64,000 bases of DNA, from assembly GCA_014161675.1 (NCBI GenBank), contig GCA_014161675.1_4760.1. One strand, given 5' to 3'. The notes under the pieces were generated by a model that ran no database searches, had not been told where the DNA came from, and saw only the letters and a program-made list of their open reading frames with translations. The position numbers and the translations under genes are program-made. Shown here one piece after another: positions 36,188-47,283 of the stretch; position 1 is the stretch's first letter, and every line of letters starts with the position of its first letter. The stretch is from a phage.

Positions 36188-37987
36188 ATGCTAATGTTTA
36201 ATAACTCCGTTAAATGGTTTACCGGAATTGTAGAAAACAGGGAAGACCCATTAATGCTGGGGCGTGTTCAGGTTAGGATTCATGGTATACATCCCTCGCT
36301 ATCCGCGCACGGTGACATTCAAGGTCTTCCAACCGAAGATCTATTATGGATTACGCCAGTACAAGATATTACAAGCGCGGCGATCTCCGGTATCGGTCAA
36401 AGCCCTACTGGTATTGTTGAAGGTTCAATGGTATTTGGTTTGGCTTTAGATGAACGTTATTTAAACTGCGTTATTCTTGGTACTATTGCCGGACAATATA
36501 CAGAGAAACCACTCACTACAGAGGGTTTTTGTGACCCTTCTGGTGCATATCCTCGTTATATTGGTAATGATGTTAATATTCTTGCTCGTGGCGGTATTAA
36601 CCCAGAAACCGGACAAACAACAAAACCTGATAGTGTCTATATTCGAGATGAAAACACTGGAGTTGCAGTAAATCCAGACGACGAGCCATTAGACCAAATT
36701 CCGGTTGATGATAATCCTGATTTTACAATAGAAAAAATGCTGCGGGGCGATGAGGGATATCGCGAGAAATGGTATCTTGATTCAGAAGGATATCCGACAA
36801 TAGGCATCGGGCATTTGATCATTTATAAGAAAACCAGTGATCTTGGTATTATCAATAATGAACTTTCTAAGCTGGTAGGGCGTGAAGTTACAAACGGAAG
36901 ACTTACCGCCGAAGAAGTTAGTAAAGTATTTGCTGACGATATAGAAAAGACTCGTCGTGATATGCGCAAACATCCACGAATTGCACCTGTCTATAATAAA
37001 TGTAATGCCTCACGTCGTATGGCATTAGAAAATATGGCGTTTCAAATGGGTGTTGGTGGATTGGGTAAATTTAAGAATAGTCTTGCTGCGATGTTAGCGG
37101 AAGAATGGAAACAAGCCTATGATGGATTACGTCAATCGGTATGGGCTAACCAAACTCCAGGACGCTCCAGCCGTGTTTCTAAAATTATTTTAACTGGTAA
37201 CTTAGAATCATATGGCGTAATTGCTCCAAAGAAAGAGGAATCAATTTCTGATGATCCGCGAGCACGTTTAAGAAATGCCCGTATTGCGGCCTATAAGACG
37301 CAGAGAGCAGAAGAAGACCCAGAAGCACCGTTTACCCCACAAGACACACGAATCATGTTTAAAGAGCCTAAGAGTTCGTATTCTGCAAGGTATCCTTATA
37401 ACCATGTGTACGAGTCAGAGAGCGGTCATATTATCGAGATTGATGATACTCCTTCTCATGAGCGATATCATCGTAAACATCCTTCTGGTACATTTGAAGA
37501 AACCAGACCGGACGGAACGAGGGTAGAAAAGATTGAAGGCGATGATTATCTGATCGTTAAACAAGGCCGGAAAGTAAACGTTAAGGGTAATTTGCAAGTT
37601 GTTGTTGAAGGTGACGCGCAAGTTTATTATATGGGTAATGTGATGCAAACCGTTGATGGTAACGTCACGGAATTTATTCGTGGTAATGTTAATCAGACCG
37701 TTGAGGGTACAGCTAATATGCATGTTGTAGGTGATGTTACCGCTCAGCTTGACGCTAATTTAACGGCTAACGTCAAGGGTAATGCTGAATTAATGATCGA
37801 GGGTAACACTACCGAAACAATTAAAGGTAACTATGATTTAACCGTTGAGGGTAATTTTAATATGACCGTCAATGGCACGAAATCAGATCAGGTTAATGGT
37901 GACTGGTCCCGTAATTGTGGTGCAAGCGTTAAAGATATTGCATCTGGTACAGTTAAAATTGATGGTAGCCGTATTGATCTTGGGTGA
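36188..37987 (+). CDS. 5: baseplate central spike with lysozyme domain gp5
   Basis: OB-fold N-terminus, lysozyme motif EGYPTIGIGHLI, C-terminal VxGxxxxx beta-helix repeats. Confidence 0.9.
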   Translation: MLMFNNSVKWFTGIVENREDPLMLGRVQVRIHGIHPSLSAHGDIQGLPTEDLLWITPVQDITSAAISGIGQSPTGIVEGSMVFGLALDERYLNCVILGTIAGQYTEKPLTTEGFCDPSGAYPRYIGNDVNILARGGINPETGQTTKPDSVYIRDENTGVAVNPDDEPLDQIPVDDNPDFTIEKMLRGDEGYREKWYLDSEGYPTIGIGHLIIYKKTSDLGIINNELSKLVGREVTNGRLTAEEVSKVFADDIEKTRRDMRKHPRIAPVYNKCNASRRMALENMAFQMGVGGLGKFKNSLAAMLAEEWKQAYDGLRQSVWANQTPGRSSRVSKIILTGNLESYGVIAPKKEESISDDPRARLRNARIAAYKTQRAEEDPEAPFTPQDTRIMFKEPKSSYSARYPYNHVYESESGHIIEIDDTPSHERYHRKHPSGTFEETRPDGTRVEKIEGDDYLIVKQGRKVNVKGNLQVVVEGDAQVYYMGNVMQTVDGNVTEFIRGNVNQTVEGTANMHVVGDVTAQLDANLTANVKGNAELMIEGNTTETIKGNYDLTVEGNFNMTVNGTKSDQVNGDWSRNCGASVKDIASGTVKIDGSRIDLG

Positions 37988-37995
37988 GGTAACTA

Positions 37996-38562
37996 ATGGT
38001 TGAAATTCTTCCGATGAGTTCAAAATTGGAGGATATCAGCGAGCGAGAAATCTTTGAGGTGGTGTTCTCTTATAAAGCAACGCCACCGGATGCAAATACC
38101 ACATACACGATTAAAGAGTTTAAGATCAGCGAGTATCGCCCTAATAAGGGCGTTACCGTTGAAGAAACTAAAATATCTGGTGAGTATCGGGATAGTTTTT
38201 CGCTTGGCGCGGATTCTCTTAAATATATAACGAAAGATCGAATTAAAAAATCTGCCGGAAGTTTTGATGATTTACCAGATCCAACTACCGCAGATCTATA
38301 TTATTTTAACGCTCCTACACGTCTACAGGAGGTTTATACTTATAAAGTAACCCTAACCTATATCCAATCTGTTTCAGAGTCTTCTGGTGGTTCTGGTGAA
38401 GGAAATATTGGTGGTTCCAATAGCCGAGAGGGTGCTGGTGAAACTAATCCGCCTCCGGTAGTAACCGAGCACACAATAGAGAAAGTTTATACTCAAACCG
38501 TTTTTGGAAATTGGGATGTGTGGAGTAAACAGTTAAGAGATTATGTACATAGGGGTGTTTAA
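37996..38562 (+). CDS. gp5.1-like hypothetical protein
   Basis: 188 aa ORF between gp5 and PAAR gene. Confidence 0.45.
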   Translation: MVEILPMSSKLEDISEREIFEVVFSYKATPPDANTTYTIKEFKISEYRPNKGVTVEETKISGEYRDSFSLGADSLKYITKDRIKKSAGSFDDLPDPTTADLYYFNAPTRLQEVYTYKVTLTYIQSVSESSGGSGEGNIGGSNSREGAGETNPPPVVTEHTIEKVYTQTVFGNWDVWSKQLRDYVHRGV

Positions 38563-38855
38563 TGGCTGGATTATCCTACGATAAAGCTAAAACTACAGGG
38601 CACGGAAACTACCCACCTACGGTAATTAATGCAACTCAATCTAAGGTATTTGTTGAGGGTATCCCTGTATTAGTCGAAGGAGACCCAATTACACCACATA
38701 CAAAAACAACAAAGCCTTATGATACACACGGGGGAACTACGGTCGCCAGTACCCCGAAAGTATTTGTTACCGGAAAGAAAGCAATTCAAATGGCAGATCG
38801 TATTAGCTGTGGCGATACCGTCGCTATGGCATCACCGAAGGTATTCATAAAATGA
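38562..38855 (+). CDS. 5.4: PAAR-repeat spike tip protein (gp5.4-like)
   Basis: 97 aa, PAAR-like repeats. Confidence 0.65.
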   Translation: MAGLSYDKAKTTGHGNYPPTVINATQSKVFVEGIPVLVEGDPITPHTKTTKPYDTHGGTTVASTPKVFVTGKKAIQMADRISCGDTVAMASPKVFIK

Positions 38856-40756
38856 CAAAGCAAAAGATTACACAAATTCCTGATATTTTTAATGCTGCTA
38901 CATTCGATGAAATTAAAAGCGCATTAACAGACTGGATGAGAAACCAGGAAGAATTTAAAGATTTTGATTTTAATGGTGCTGGTATTAACGTATTGATGGA
39001 CTTGCTCGCATATAACACTCTGTATATTCAGCAATTCGCTAACGCCGCGCTATATGAATCTTTTATCAGAACGGCAATTAAGCGTAGTTCAGTTGTTCAA
39101 GCCGCGCAAGATTTAGGATATTTGCCAGCAAGTAAAACTAGTGCATCGACTACAATTATGTTGCACGTAACACATCCTCGAAATCCGGCAAGTATTCGAA
39201 TCCCACGAGGAACTAAATTTATTGCAAGTGTGGATCGCCAGACTTCTTACCCGTTTGTGACTACAGAAGACGTTGTGAGCGTTTTAGGTTCAAATGGTTT
39301 ATATACGCCTATGCTTAAAGTCGCACAAGGTCGTATTGTTCGTACAGAAATGTTATTTGATCCGAAGAAACAAATTCTGATCCGCGATCCTGATATTGAC
39401 CGCGCTCAGGTTAAGTTGTGGGTAGATGGTGCTGAATGGAAAGACTGGACGCGAGAAAGTATTGTTAATGCAACTGGCGCTAGTAATATTTTCTATATGC
39501 GTGAAACCGTAGACGGACATACTGAAATTTTCTTTGGTGAGGGTGAATCAACTTTATCTGCCGCTGGCGGTGCACTGGAAGCAAATTATATTGGTGGACT
39601 TAAGCCGTCAACTGGTGCTAATATTGTTATCGAATATATCAGCACTAAAGGCGCGGAAGCAAACGGTTCAGTTAATTTCACATACGCGGATACATTGGCA
39701 TCAATTTCTATTGTTAAAATTATTGAGAATCCGACAAATGATCGTGATTATGTCGGTGCAGATGGTGGTGGTGATCCTGAATCAATCGAACGTATCCGTG
39801 AACTTGCTCCGGTAATGCGTGAATCTCAGCGTCGTTGTGTGACTGCTTCCGACTATGAGGCTTTTGTGTCTAGCCGTTTTGGTAGTATTGTTCAGGCGGT
39901 ACAATGTTTCACCGACCGAGAAAAACCGGGTTATGCTTTTGTTGCTGTTAAGCCTAAATCTGGCTTGCGCTTGACAACCGTTCAAAAAGAAGATATGCGG
40001 GATTATCTGGCAAAATATAACCTTGCCCCTATCACGCCGAGCATCATTGACCCTAACTATCTGTATATTAAACAGAATATTAAAGTTTCCTATTCAATCA
40101 ACGACTTGTCAGAATCAGAGCAGTGGTTGCGCGGTGCGGTTATTGATCAGATTGATGCATATTATACCGACGAAGTGGAAATTTTTAACCAGACATTTAG
40201 TAAGTCTAAAATGCTTGCTCGTATTGACAAAGCTGATGTATCTGTGATAGGTTCTAGTGCAGAAATCGAGATGGTGCGAGAGATCGACAACTTCTATAAA
40301 GCACCGATGGCGGGAATCAAGTTTTTAAACCAGTATAAGAGCGGAATCAAGTCTAGTTCATTCAACTTCGAAAAGGACGACAAGCAATATCCGATCCATT
40401 ATGTAAGTACAGAAATGAACAAAGAATCCGGTTTAGCTAAATTGCTGGTTGGACCTTTCCCTGTTGATTCTACAATCGCTTTACCGCACTATTCCGGCAC
40501 TGATTTTGATAAAGAGGTTATTGACGGGGCGGACCTATACTTTGAGGTTGGAGAGGTTCAGCATTATGACGACCTTATTTCATGGGATCTGGGTAAACTG
40601 AATATCAATAGCGATCGCTTTACTGGTTCATATATTGAGTTGACAGCTAAACCGATTGCTGATAACATCTTTACTAAAGACGGTTCTTTGATCGTGTTTG
40701 AAAACGATCTCCGTCCTCAGTACACAACTATTAGTCTGGAGGCAATTGCTCAATGA
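38852..40756 (+). CDS. 6: baseplate wedge protein gp6
   Basis: 634 aa, position and size as T4 gp6. Confidence 0.8.
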   Translation: MTKQKITQIPDIFNAATFDEIKSALTDWMRNQEEFKDFDFNGAGINVLMDLLAYNTLYIQQFANAALYESFIRTAIKRSSVVQAAQDLGYLPASKTSASTTIMLHVTHPRNPASIRIPRGTKFIASVDRQTSYPFVTTEDVVSVLGSNGLYTPMLKVAQGRIVRTEMLFDPKKQILIRDPDIDRAQVKLWVDGAEWKDWTRESIVNATGASNIFYMRETVDGHTEIFFGEGESTLSAAGGALEANYIGGLKPSTGANIVIEYISTKGAEANGSVNFTYADTLASISIVKIIENPTNDRDYVGADGGGDPESIERIRELAPVMRESQRRCVTASDYEAFVSSRFGSIVQAVQCFTDREKPGYAFVAVKPKSGLRLTTVQKEDMRDYLAKYNLAPITPSIIDPNYLYIKQNIKVSYSINDLSESEQWLRGAVIDQIDAYYTDEVEIFNQTFSKSKMLARIDKADVSVIGSSAEIEMVREIDNFYKAPMAGIKFLNQYKSGIKSSSFNFEKDDKQYPIHYVSTEMNKESGLAKLLVGPFPVDSTIALPHYSGTDFDKEVIDGADLYFEVGEVQHYDDLISWDLGKLNINSDRFTGSYIELTAKPIADNIFTKDGSLIVFENDLRPQYTTISLEAIAQ

Positions 40757-43700
40757 TTAAAGCGCCTAGTGTAACTAGCTTGACAATAGAAAAATTGTCT
40801 GCTAATCAGGCGTATATCACATGGGATGACGTAGGCGAAAACTTCTTTTATTTTGTGGAGTTAGCCGAAACCAGAACACGAGACGGGGAGATCATCCCCG
40901 TCGATGAGTTAAGCTGGGTAAACCTGGGATATACTGCCGACCAAAACTGGTTTGAGGATAAAAACCTTTTTCCAGAATATTATTACAAGTTTCGTGTAGC
41001 AGTAGCCGCAGAAGGATTTGAACAAAGTAAATGGGTTGAAACAGAAGAGTTTCAGACATTTAAAACAAACGCATATAATTTTTCTATGATGCGAGAGTTC
41101 AACCTTGCAAACGAGTTTATAAAGGAAAAATTTACATACGATAATCGAGAGTATGTCAAGTTTAATACTGACCTGATTCAAGCATCATTAATGAAGGAAG
41201 ATTTTGTCTTTAGTCCTGAATATGCAAACATGACAAATATCTCAAACTACATTGTAGTGGATGAGAACTTTCATGAAATACAGGATCACATAGAAAAAGT
41301 TTGTACTGATATAAACCGCACTATGTTAGCGGAAATGAACGGTGTTTTGTACCTTTTCGAACGGTTCCAGCCGATCGTGAAAGTGTCAAATGATAAAGGC
41401 CAATCATGGAAAGCATACAAGGCTTTTAATGACCGTGTAGGCAATCCGGTTTCCCGTACATGCGTTTATCAGTCTAAAACCACTACTTACGTTTTAGGAT
41501 ATGACCGAATCTTTTACGGACGACAAGCGAGCGATACTCGATGGAGCGCGGACGATGTTCGATTTAGTGATGATACGATCACTTTTGCAAAGGTCGGTGA
41601 CGAAAACGATTTAGGCTTTGACGTTGAGGTCTTTGGTGTATTTTCCAGATTAACAGGTGATACCACAAAATACGCCGAAGCTATGGCGTGTAGTGATGAC
41701 TATTTGTGGGTTGGTGCTAAAGATGTTATTCGCAGGATTCGTCTTAAGAATACTCCTGTTGATACCGTACAGGGTTCGCCTACGTTTGGAGAAAAAATAT
41801 TCGATCCTGATGTTATCCGAGTAACAGGAAATGATAAAGCTGTCATTCAGAAAATGGATGTGATCGACGGTAAATTGCTTGTATTTGTTACGGGTGAAGT
41901 TAAACAGCGTTATCAAGATCCAACTAAACCAGAAAACGTTGTTCCGTCAGATGATGCGGGTGTATACTTAATAGGGAGTGATGGTCTGTCTTTTCAGAGA
42001 GTATTTGGCAACACTCCGCAGGAAAGGGAATATATTCAGCATGGGTTCAGTAATATGTCAACCAATGGTGATGAGGTGTTCATAAGCCATTATAATCATC
42101 ACTTCGAAAGCATTTTACCTGATCCAGAAACTGCCGAGAAATATGAATTGGGCGAAGCTGTAAAATATTCTCAGGAGCCAACTTATCTAACTGATAAGAA
42201 AATACATCAAACTACTTTCAGAGCAAGTTATGATGATTTGCGTATTTGGGAGTTAGGACCGCAAGCGTATTATAACGAGGCTGATTATACATGGATGCGT
42301 CGAAACGGTGTCCGTGTGTGGATCACAAATGATAATCGCCCGTTGGTTGTTTATCCAGAGGTTATCTATACTCAAGAAGTTGATACGTCTGGCATTCTTG
42401 ACCAAAATAGGGTCAACCGAGAAGTTTATGATAAAGGGACCGTGACCTGTTATCTTAACAATGTTAAATTTGAAGGATTCAAACAATATGCATCCGGTGT
42501 AATGTTCCATAAAAACACAGGAGAGATCATAGGATTCTATCAATTTAATTATCGTGTTCGTGATCAGGTTGGTGTATATTGGAAACCTACAAATGTAGCA
42601 TTTGTTGCTGAATTGCAAAATCAGGTTCGAGAGGTTCCCTGGGTTCCGGTTCACTACGATCGAGAGCAAGATCCAGATTTGCGGCCTTTACTGAATAAGA
42701 TGACCCCTGATAGCTTTTTACTTGAGAACGAAAATTTCAGAAAATTCTCTGAATATTATCTGCAATTCTTAAGCGATGGTTCAGGAACATATTATAATAA
42801 ACTAAAAAATCTGATTAAAAACAAATATCCACGCGAGAAAGATGCATATGAGTATCTTTGGTCAGAGATGAACAAACGAAACATCTATGCAGATAAAAAC
42901 AAGCGAGATGCGGTAGTAAGATTCTTTGAATCCCGCAAATCAGATTTTTATTCCACTAAGGGCGTGGAGGCTTCTTATAAGTTCTTGTTTAAGTTACTTT
43001 ATAATGAAGATGTGGAAATTGAGGTTGAATCACAAGCCGGACTAGAGTATGATATTGTTGTTAGTTCAACGAACATTGACGAGGATATCGTAGGTCGCAC
43101 GATTTATACTCCAACCGGACGGGCTAACGTGACGTATCTTGAAAGGGAATATGAAGGTGGTCGCCTACGCTGGCGAGTAACCATTCATAACCTGATCGGG
43201 CGGTTCGAAGAAGGTCAAGTGATCAAATCAGAGAAAACAGCGTTTGAAGGGATGATCCTTGTTGGTGTACGTGGTAAAGAGTTGTTGAGTAGTTCAATCG
43301 ACTATATCAACCGCTCACGAAGCCAATACACCATGAAGATTAAAAGTGCATTGCCAGTTTCGCGCTATGCAAATGATGTAATGCGATTCGTTCATCCTGT
43401 CGGCTTTGGGTTTATCGGTGTTACCCTGCTTACAATGTTCATTAACAGCGGGTTAAGCATGAAGCACACCGAGACTATAATTCAATCTCTGAAAAATTAT
43501 AAGTTTGACAGCGGATTGCCTAGCGTGTATCCTGATCGGGTGGCAGACCTTGACGTTGACGGAAACATTAAGAAAGACCCGCTTACCGGAAAAGCATTAT
43601 ATTTGACTTCACCTTTAATTGGTGAAGAATTTCCGGTTCCTCCTGAATATGATCAGGAGAACAGCGAATTGTTCCACGGACTTAAAGCAAGCGAACGAAG

Positions 43701-43839
43701 ATTTGCAATGAGTCCACTGTTTGACCAGTCGGCGGTAACATTCTCTATGTTCCGTGAACTTGTAGATAAACGGTTGAAGGATAATATAGGGAATCCACGC
43801 GATCCGAAGAATCCGACACAGAGGAAAATTAATGGCTAA
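40753..43839 (+). CDS. 7: baseplate wedge protein gp7
   Basis: 1028 aa, position and size as T4 gp7. Confidence 0.8.
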   Translation: MIKAPSVTSLTIEKLSANQAYITWDDVGENFFYFVELAETRTRDGEIIPVDELSWVNLGYTADQNWFEDKNLFPEYYYKFRVAVAAEGFEQSKWVETEEFQTFKTNAYNFSMMREFNLANEFIKEKFTYDNREYVKFNTDLIQASLMKEDFVFSPEYANMTNISNYIVVDENFHEIQDHIEKVCTDINRTMLAEMNGVLYLFERFQPIVKVSNDKGQSWKAYKAFNDRVGNPVSRTCVYQSKTTTYVLGYDRIFYGRQASDTRWSADDVRFSDDTITFAKVGDENDLGFDVEVFGVFSRLTGDTTKYAEAMACSDDYLWVGAKDVIRRIRLKNTPVDTVQGSPTFGEKIFDPDVIRVTGNDKAVIQKMDVIDGKLLVFVTGEVKQRYQDPTKPENVVPSDDAGVYLIGSDGLSFQRVFGNTPQEREYIQHGFSNMSTNGDEVFISHYNHHFESILPDPETAEKYELGEAVKYSQEPTYLTDKKIHQTTFRASYDDLRIWELGPQAYYNEADYTWMRRNGVRVWITNDNRPLVVYPEVIYTQEVDTSGILDQNRVNREVYDKGTVTCYLNNVKFEGFKQYASGVMFHKNTGEIIGFYQFNYRVRDQVGVYWKPTNVAFVAELQNQVREVPWVPVHYDREQDPDLRPLLNKMTPDSFLLENENFRKFSEYYLQFLSDGSGTYYNKLKNLIKNKYPREKDAYEYLWSEMNKRNIYADKNKRDAVVRFFESRKSDFYSTKGVEASYKFLFKLLYNEDVEIEVESQAGLEYDIVVSSTNIDEDIVGRTIYTPTGRANVTYLEREYEGGRLRWRVTIHNLIGRFEEGQVIKSEKTAFEGMILVGVRGKELLSSSIDYINRSRSQYTMKIKSALPVSRYANDVMRFVHPVGFGFIGVTLLTMFINSGLSMKHTETIIQSLKNYKFDSGLPSVYPDRVADLDVDGNIKKDPLTGKALYLTSPLIGEEFPVPPEYDQENSELFHGLKASERRFAMSPLFDQSAVTFSMFRELVDKRLKDNIGNPRDPKNPTQRKING

Positions 43840-44827
43840 TGAAAATAGTGTGATCTATCGCTCAATCATTACTAGTAAATTCAGAACGGAAAAACTTCTG
43901 AATTTCTATAATTCTGTAGGCGATGAGGCAAATCAAATTACAATTTATGGAACGTTTGGACGTTCGGAGCCGTGGTCAGAAAACGAAAAAGAGGTGGGCT
44001 TTGCCCCACCTTATCCGACCGATTCAACGGCTGGTGTTGTTGACATGTGGACCCATATGATGGGGGCGGTTAAGATTAACAAATCACTTCTTGATGCGGT
44101 TATCCCTCGTAAAGATTGGGGTGATACCGGACAGGATAACCCGCGCACATTCTTTATCAATGACATTGTTGTTGTCAACTCAGCACCATATAACAGAACT
44201 GATGTTGGTAGCGGCTGGATGGTGTATCGCGTAACCGATGTTCCTGATCGCGGTTACTGCTCGATTTCAAGCATTGACGCTAAAGTAGAGTGTTTGAAGT
44301 TGGGCGGAAAGTGGACCCCCACTCATGAATCAATTGCGCCACCTGTAGGAAAGGGCGATTCTATTGATATGGGTGATGGGTATCGTTGGGAATATCTGTA
44401 CACAATTCCACCTGATGCGGCGATCAACCGTTGCACCAATGAACATATTGTTGTACCGTTCCCCGATGAACTGCGACAAGATCCGGCGCGTTGGGGTTAT
44501 GACAATGTGATCACCTGGTATAATGACTATAATCTGCTTTATCGGCTGAAAGTAGTAACTTTGCGTTTTCAGGCTTATATGGACTCTGCGCAATTCCCAA
44601 CTACCGCGTTAGTGGGTAATACTGGTTTCCGTCAGTTAAGCATTATCCTTAACCCATTGGAAAAGAAAGCACGCCCTAGCGATCCAGACGTTAAAGCGGT
44701 CAAAGATAAGTACCGACCGCAAGACTTAGAGCCACACTCAGGCGAAATGATCTACATGGAAAACCGACAACCTATCGTTCGGTCATTAGATCAAACAGAA
44801 CTTGTTTCTGTATTGTTTGAGTTCTAA
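43832..44827 (+). CDS. 8: baseplate wedge protein gp8
   Basis: 331 aa, position and size as T4 gp8. Confidence 0.8.
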   Translation: MANENSVIYRSIITSKFRTEKLLNFYNSVGDEANQITIYGTFGRSEPWSENEKEVGFAPPYPTDSTAGVVDMWTHMMGAVKINKSLLDAVIPRKDWGDTGQDNPRTFFINDIVVVNSAPYNRTDVGSGWMVYRVTDVPDRGYCSISSIDAKVECLKLGGKWTPTHESIAPPVGKGDSIDMGDGYRWEYLYTIPPDAAINRCTNEHIVVPFPDELRQDPARWGYDNVITWYNDYNLLYRLKVVTLRFQAYMDSAQFPTTALVGNTGFRQLSIILNPLEKKARPSDPDVKAVKDKYRPQDLEPHSGEMIYMENRQPIVRSLDQTELVSVLFEF

Positions 44828-44840
44828 GTGTATGATTTAA

Positions 44841-44867
44841 AAGCCAATTCGAGAGAGTTGGCTTTTT
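44841..44867 (+). terminator. rho-independent terminator after gene 8
   Basis: hairpin AAGCCAATTCGAGAGAGTTGGCTT followed by T-run. Confidence 0.6.
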
Positions 44868-44879
44868 CTATTTTGGGTG

Positions 44880-44907
44880 TTGACAATCTTGTCTGATAAG
44901 GTATAAT
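44880..44907 (+). promoter_or_regulatory. sigma70-type (early) promoter, perfect TTGACA-16-TATAAT
   Basis: TTGACA at 44880-44885, TATAAT at 44902-44907, GGAGGA RBS then ATG at 44937. Confidence 0.65.
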
Positions 44908-44936
44908 GATCACATCTAAACAACGGAGGATAAATT

Positions 44937-45194
44937 ATGGCACGTCGTAAATTTACAGATAATTGTGAAGCAATTCAGGTATCCCCTTGCGGTTGGGATG
45001 TGATCGCGAACGGTGAAAAGATCGGAGAGATCATCGATCATACTCATTCATCACTAGCCGATTACACCGATGAACTATGGGAGGGTATCAACTTCATGAA
45101 TGACACTAAACGATTCAAGACTATCGACGAAGCTATCTATTTTGTGTATAATCCAACTTTCGGTATGTGGGGTAATAGAAAATGGCACGCGTAA
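44937..45194 (+). CDS. hypothetical protein (cassette gene 1)
   Basis: 85 aa, starts MAR like the next two genes; overlaps next start. Confidence 0.5.
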   Translation: MARRKFTDNCEAIQVSPCGWDVIANGEKIGEIIDHTHSSLADYTDELWEGINFMNDTKRFKTIDEAIYFVYNPTFGMWGNRKWHA

Positions 45195-45514
45195 ATATTA
45201 AATTGCATTACACAATGAATAAAGCTAAGTTCCCAATGCAAAAGCATTACTATGGTCTACGTGCACAAGATCCTAAACTCTATGGTACTCATTGGTTTTG
45301 TAAACATGATAACCAATGGCACACATACGAAGAAATGCACGAGATGATGAAACAGGGTATTGAATTTAGTTATTCTAATTATGACCATCGTATAACTTGC
45401 ATTCGAAAATTGAAACGATGGATTCGTAAGAATCCGCAATTTAAAAACTTTGTGTTCTTTATGTCTCATGTTTATTTGGGGCATAGCGTTACCGTCACAG
45501 CAAAGGTTAAATAA
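45182..45514 (+). CDS. hypothetical protein (cassette gene 2)
   Basis: 110 aa, His/Cys-rich, starts MAR. Confidence 0.5.
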   Translation: MARVNIKLHYTMNKAKFPMQKHYYGLRAQDPKLYGTHWFCKHDNQWHTYEEMHEMMKQGIEFSYSNYDHRITCIRKLKRWIRKNPQFKNFVFFMSHVYLGHSVTVTAKVK

Positions 45515-46353
45515 TGGCACGACTTTCTAAACAAGAACAAAAATTACACGATCGGGTGATGGAGTTGATTAATTCAGATCGCCCATTGACATATGAAGAA
45601 AAAGAATTTTGCTATAATAACTATCATGGCGATGGTCTAGGCGGTTCAGGTGCATTCTTTACCCCAGAAGGGCTTGCATGGGATTTTACCATCGATGCAC
45701 ATTGCACAGGAAAAGTATTAGATCTTTGTGCTGGGATCGGTCGCTTATCTTTTTGTATGTTACATCGTTGTAAGCCAGAAAAGATCGTATGCGTCGAACT
45801 CAATCCAGAATTTGCGCGGATTGGCAAGAGACTATTACCGGAGGCAGAATGGATCACCAGCGATGTATTCGAATTTGAGTCAAACGAAAAATTCGATGTG
45901 GTGATCAGCAATCCACCTTTCGGGAAAATCAATACAACCGACACAAAGGATGTATTTGAGTACACTGGCGGTGAGTTTGAATTTAAGGTTATGACATTAG
46001 GCCAGAAGTTTGCCGATGTAGGTTATTTTATTGTTCCTTCTGGTTCCGCTGGTTTTGCTTATTCCGGCAGACCTTATTATGACGGGACCATGAAGTCTAA
46101 TAAATATCTAAAATGGAGCAAACAAACTGGTTTGGTGACTTATGCCGGATGTGGGATCGATACATCAATCTATCGCGATGAATGGCATAGTACAAACGTT
46201 TTAACAGAAGTGGTTGAGGTTCGGTATTACGAGAAAGAAGCCGTAGAAGCGCCTAAAACACGTCCTAACGAACAAATAGAAGAAAGTAAGGAGATTACCT
46301 TACCGAAACAGGAAAGCGAGTCTGGGACGCTCTCAGATTTGTTTGACATTTAA
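45514..46353 (+). CDS. gamma-class amino-methyltransferase (N6-adenine/N4-cytosine DNA MTase or related small-MTase family)
   Basis: motif X AFFTPEG, motif I VLDLCAGIGRLS, motif IV VISNPPFG in gamma order. Confidence 0.7.
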   Translation: MARLSKQEQKLHDRVMELINSDRPLTYEEKEFCYNNYHGDGLGGSGAFFTPEGLAWDFTIDAHCTGKVLDLCAGIGRLSFCMLHRCKPEKIVCVELNPEFARIGKRLLPEAEWITSDVFEFESNEKFDVVISNPPFGKINTTDTKDVFEYTGGEFEFKVMTLGQKFADVGYFIVPSGSAGFAYSGRPYYDGTMKSNKYLKWSKQTGLVTYAGCGIDTSIYRDEWHSTNVLTEVVEVRYYEKEAVEAPKTRPNEQIEESKEITLPKQESESGTLSDLFDI

Positions 46354-46357
46354 TTAT

Positions 46358-46384
46358 AAGCCGTCCTTGTGGGCGGCTTTTTTG
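46358..46384 (+). terminator. rho-independent terminator after methyltransferase
   Basis: hairpin GCCGTCCTTGTGGGCGGC followed by TTTTTTGT. Confidence 0.55.
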
Positions 46385-46393
46385 TATGTATTT

Positions 46394-46401
46394 TATAAAT
46401 A
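46394..46401 (+). promoter_or_regulatory. T4-type late promoter TATAAATA for gene 9
   Basis: exact TATAAATA 28 nt upstream of gene 9 ATG. Confidence 0.6.
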
Positions 46402-46428
46402 ATACATCATAACATGAGGAATTAAACA

Positions 46429-47283
46429 ATGGCACAAGTTCCAAAGAAAAGAATAGACACAGGTACTGTCGGCAATCCATCGACTGGCGATATCTTATAT
46501 GATGGCGGTAATAAAATTAACGATAACTTTGATTCAATATATGACGCATTTGCTGATCAGAGGTTTAAAGACGTAGACCACGGCGTGGGAAGAATGGTTA
46601 TTCATGCAACCGGATACTATCAGAAGCATCCACGTCAAAGCTACGCGGGTTCCGCTGTTGAGATTGGGAGTCTACACGATATCGATACAACTCAAGGCGC
46701 ACTTATTGCTATTCTACCTAAAGCAAAGGTCGGCGAGGGTGTTGTATTCATAAATAGTAACGGTAGCCTTTCAACGACGACACCTCTCAATATTCGAACT
46801 CAAGCAGGTGATTCTATTAGCGGTTATTCCGGTGATGCTACAATAACACAACCATTTTCAAAAGTCACTGTTTGGTGTACTGCCGTTGAAGGTAGTCGCG
46901 TAACATGGCGATTGGGTATCGAAAGTATGTTTACCGATACAACAACGCCATTAGATAAAACAGTTAACGTAACTGGAGTAGCAACAAACGTTGCTATTGC
47001 CGCAAAAACAGAATACGTTTCCATCAAATTATTAACTACCGCTAGCAATACATCCGGTTCAAAAATGCGTTCAAGTGAAACGCTACTGATGATTGATTCT
47101 AAAGCCGGAAAAGTTTATGCGACGGAATATGCAGTTTTGCAGAAGACAGAAGATGAACTATACACGGTTCGTTATTTCATCGGTTCCGGCGATAAAGTAT
47201 ATGCAGAGTATAAGGCTACTGGCGAAAATATTCGTTTAGCAGTTAAAGCCGTAGACACTATTAAAATCGGGGTTGCTACATGA
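46429..47283 (+). CDS. 9: baseplate wedge / long-tail-fibre socket gp9
   Basis: 284 aa, position and size as T4 gp9. Confidence 0.8.
   Translation: MAQVPKKRIDTGTVGNPSTGDILYDGGNKINDNFDSIYDAFADQRFKDVDHGVGRMVIHATGYYQKHPRQSYAGSAVEIGSLHDIDTTQGALIAILPKAKVGEGVVFINSNGSLSTTTPLNIRTQAGDSISGYSGDATITQPFSKVTVWCTAVEGSRVTWRLGIESMFTDTTTPLDKTVNVTGVATNVAIAAKTEYVSIKLLTTASNTSGSKMRSSETLLMIDSKAGKVYATEYAVLQKTEDELYTVRYFIGSGDKVYAEYKATGENIRLAVKAVDTIKIGVAT

Noticed and set aside
36264-37723. Short ORFs on both strands inside gene 5 (36264-36449, 36477-36671, 37275-37526, 37415-37723)
   Set aside because: All lie within the continuous gp5 reading frame and lack RBS; treated as frame noise.
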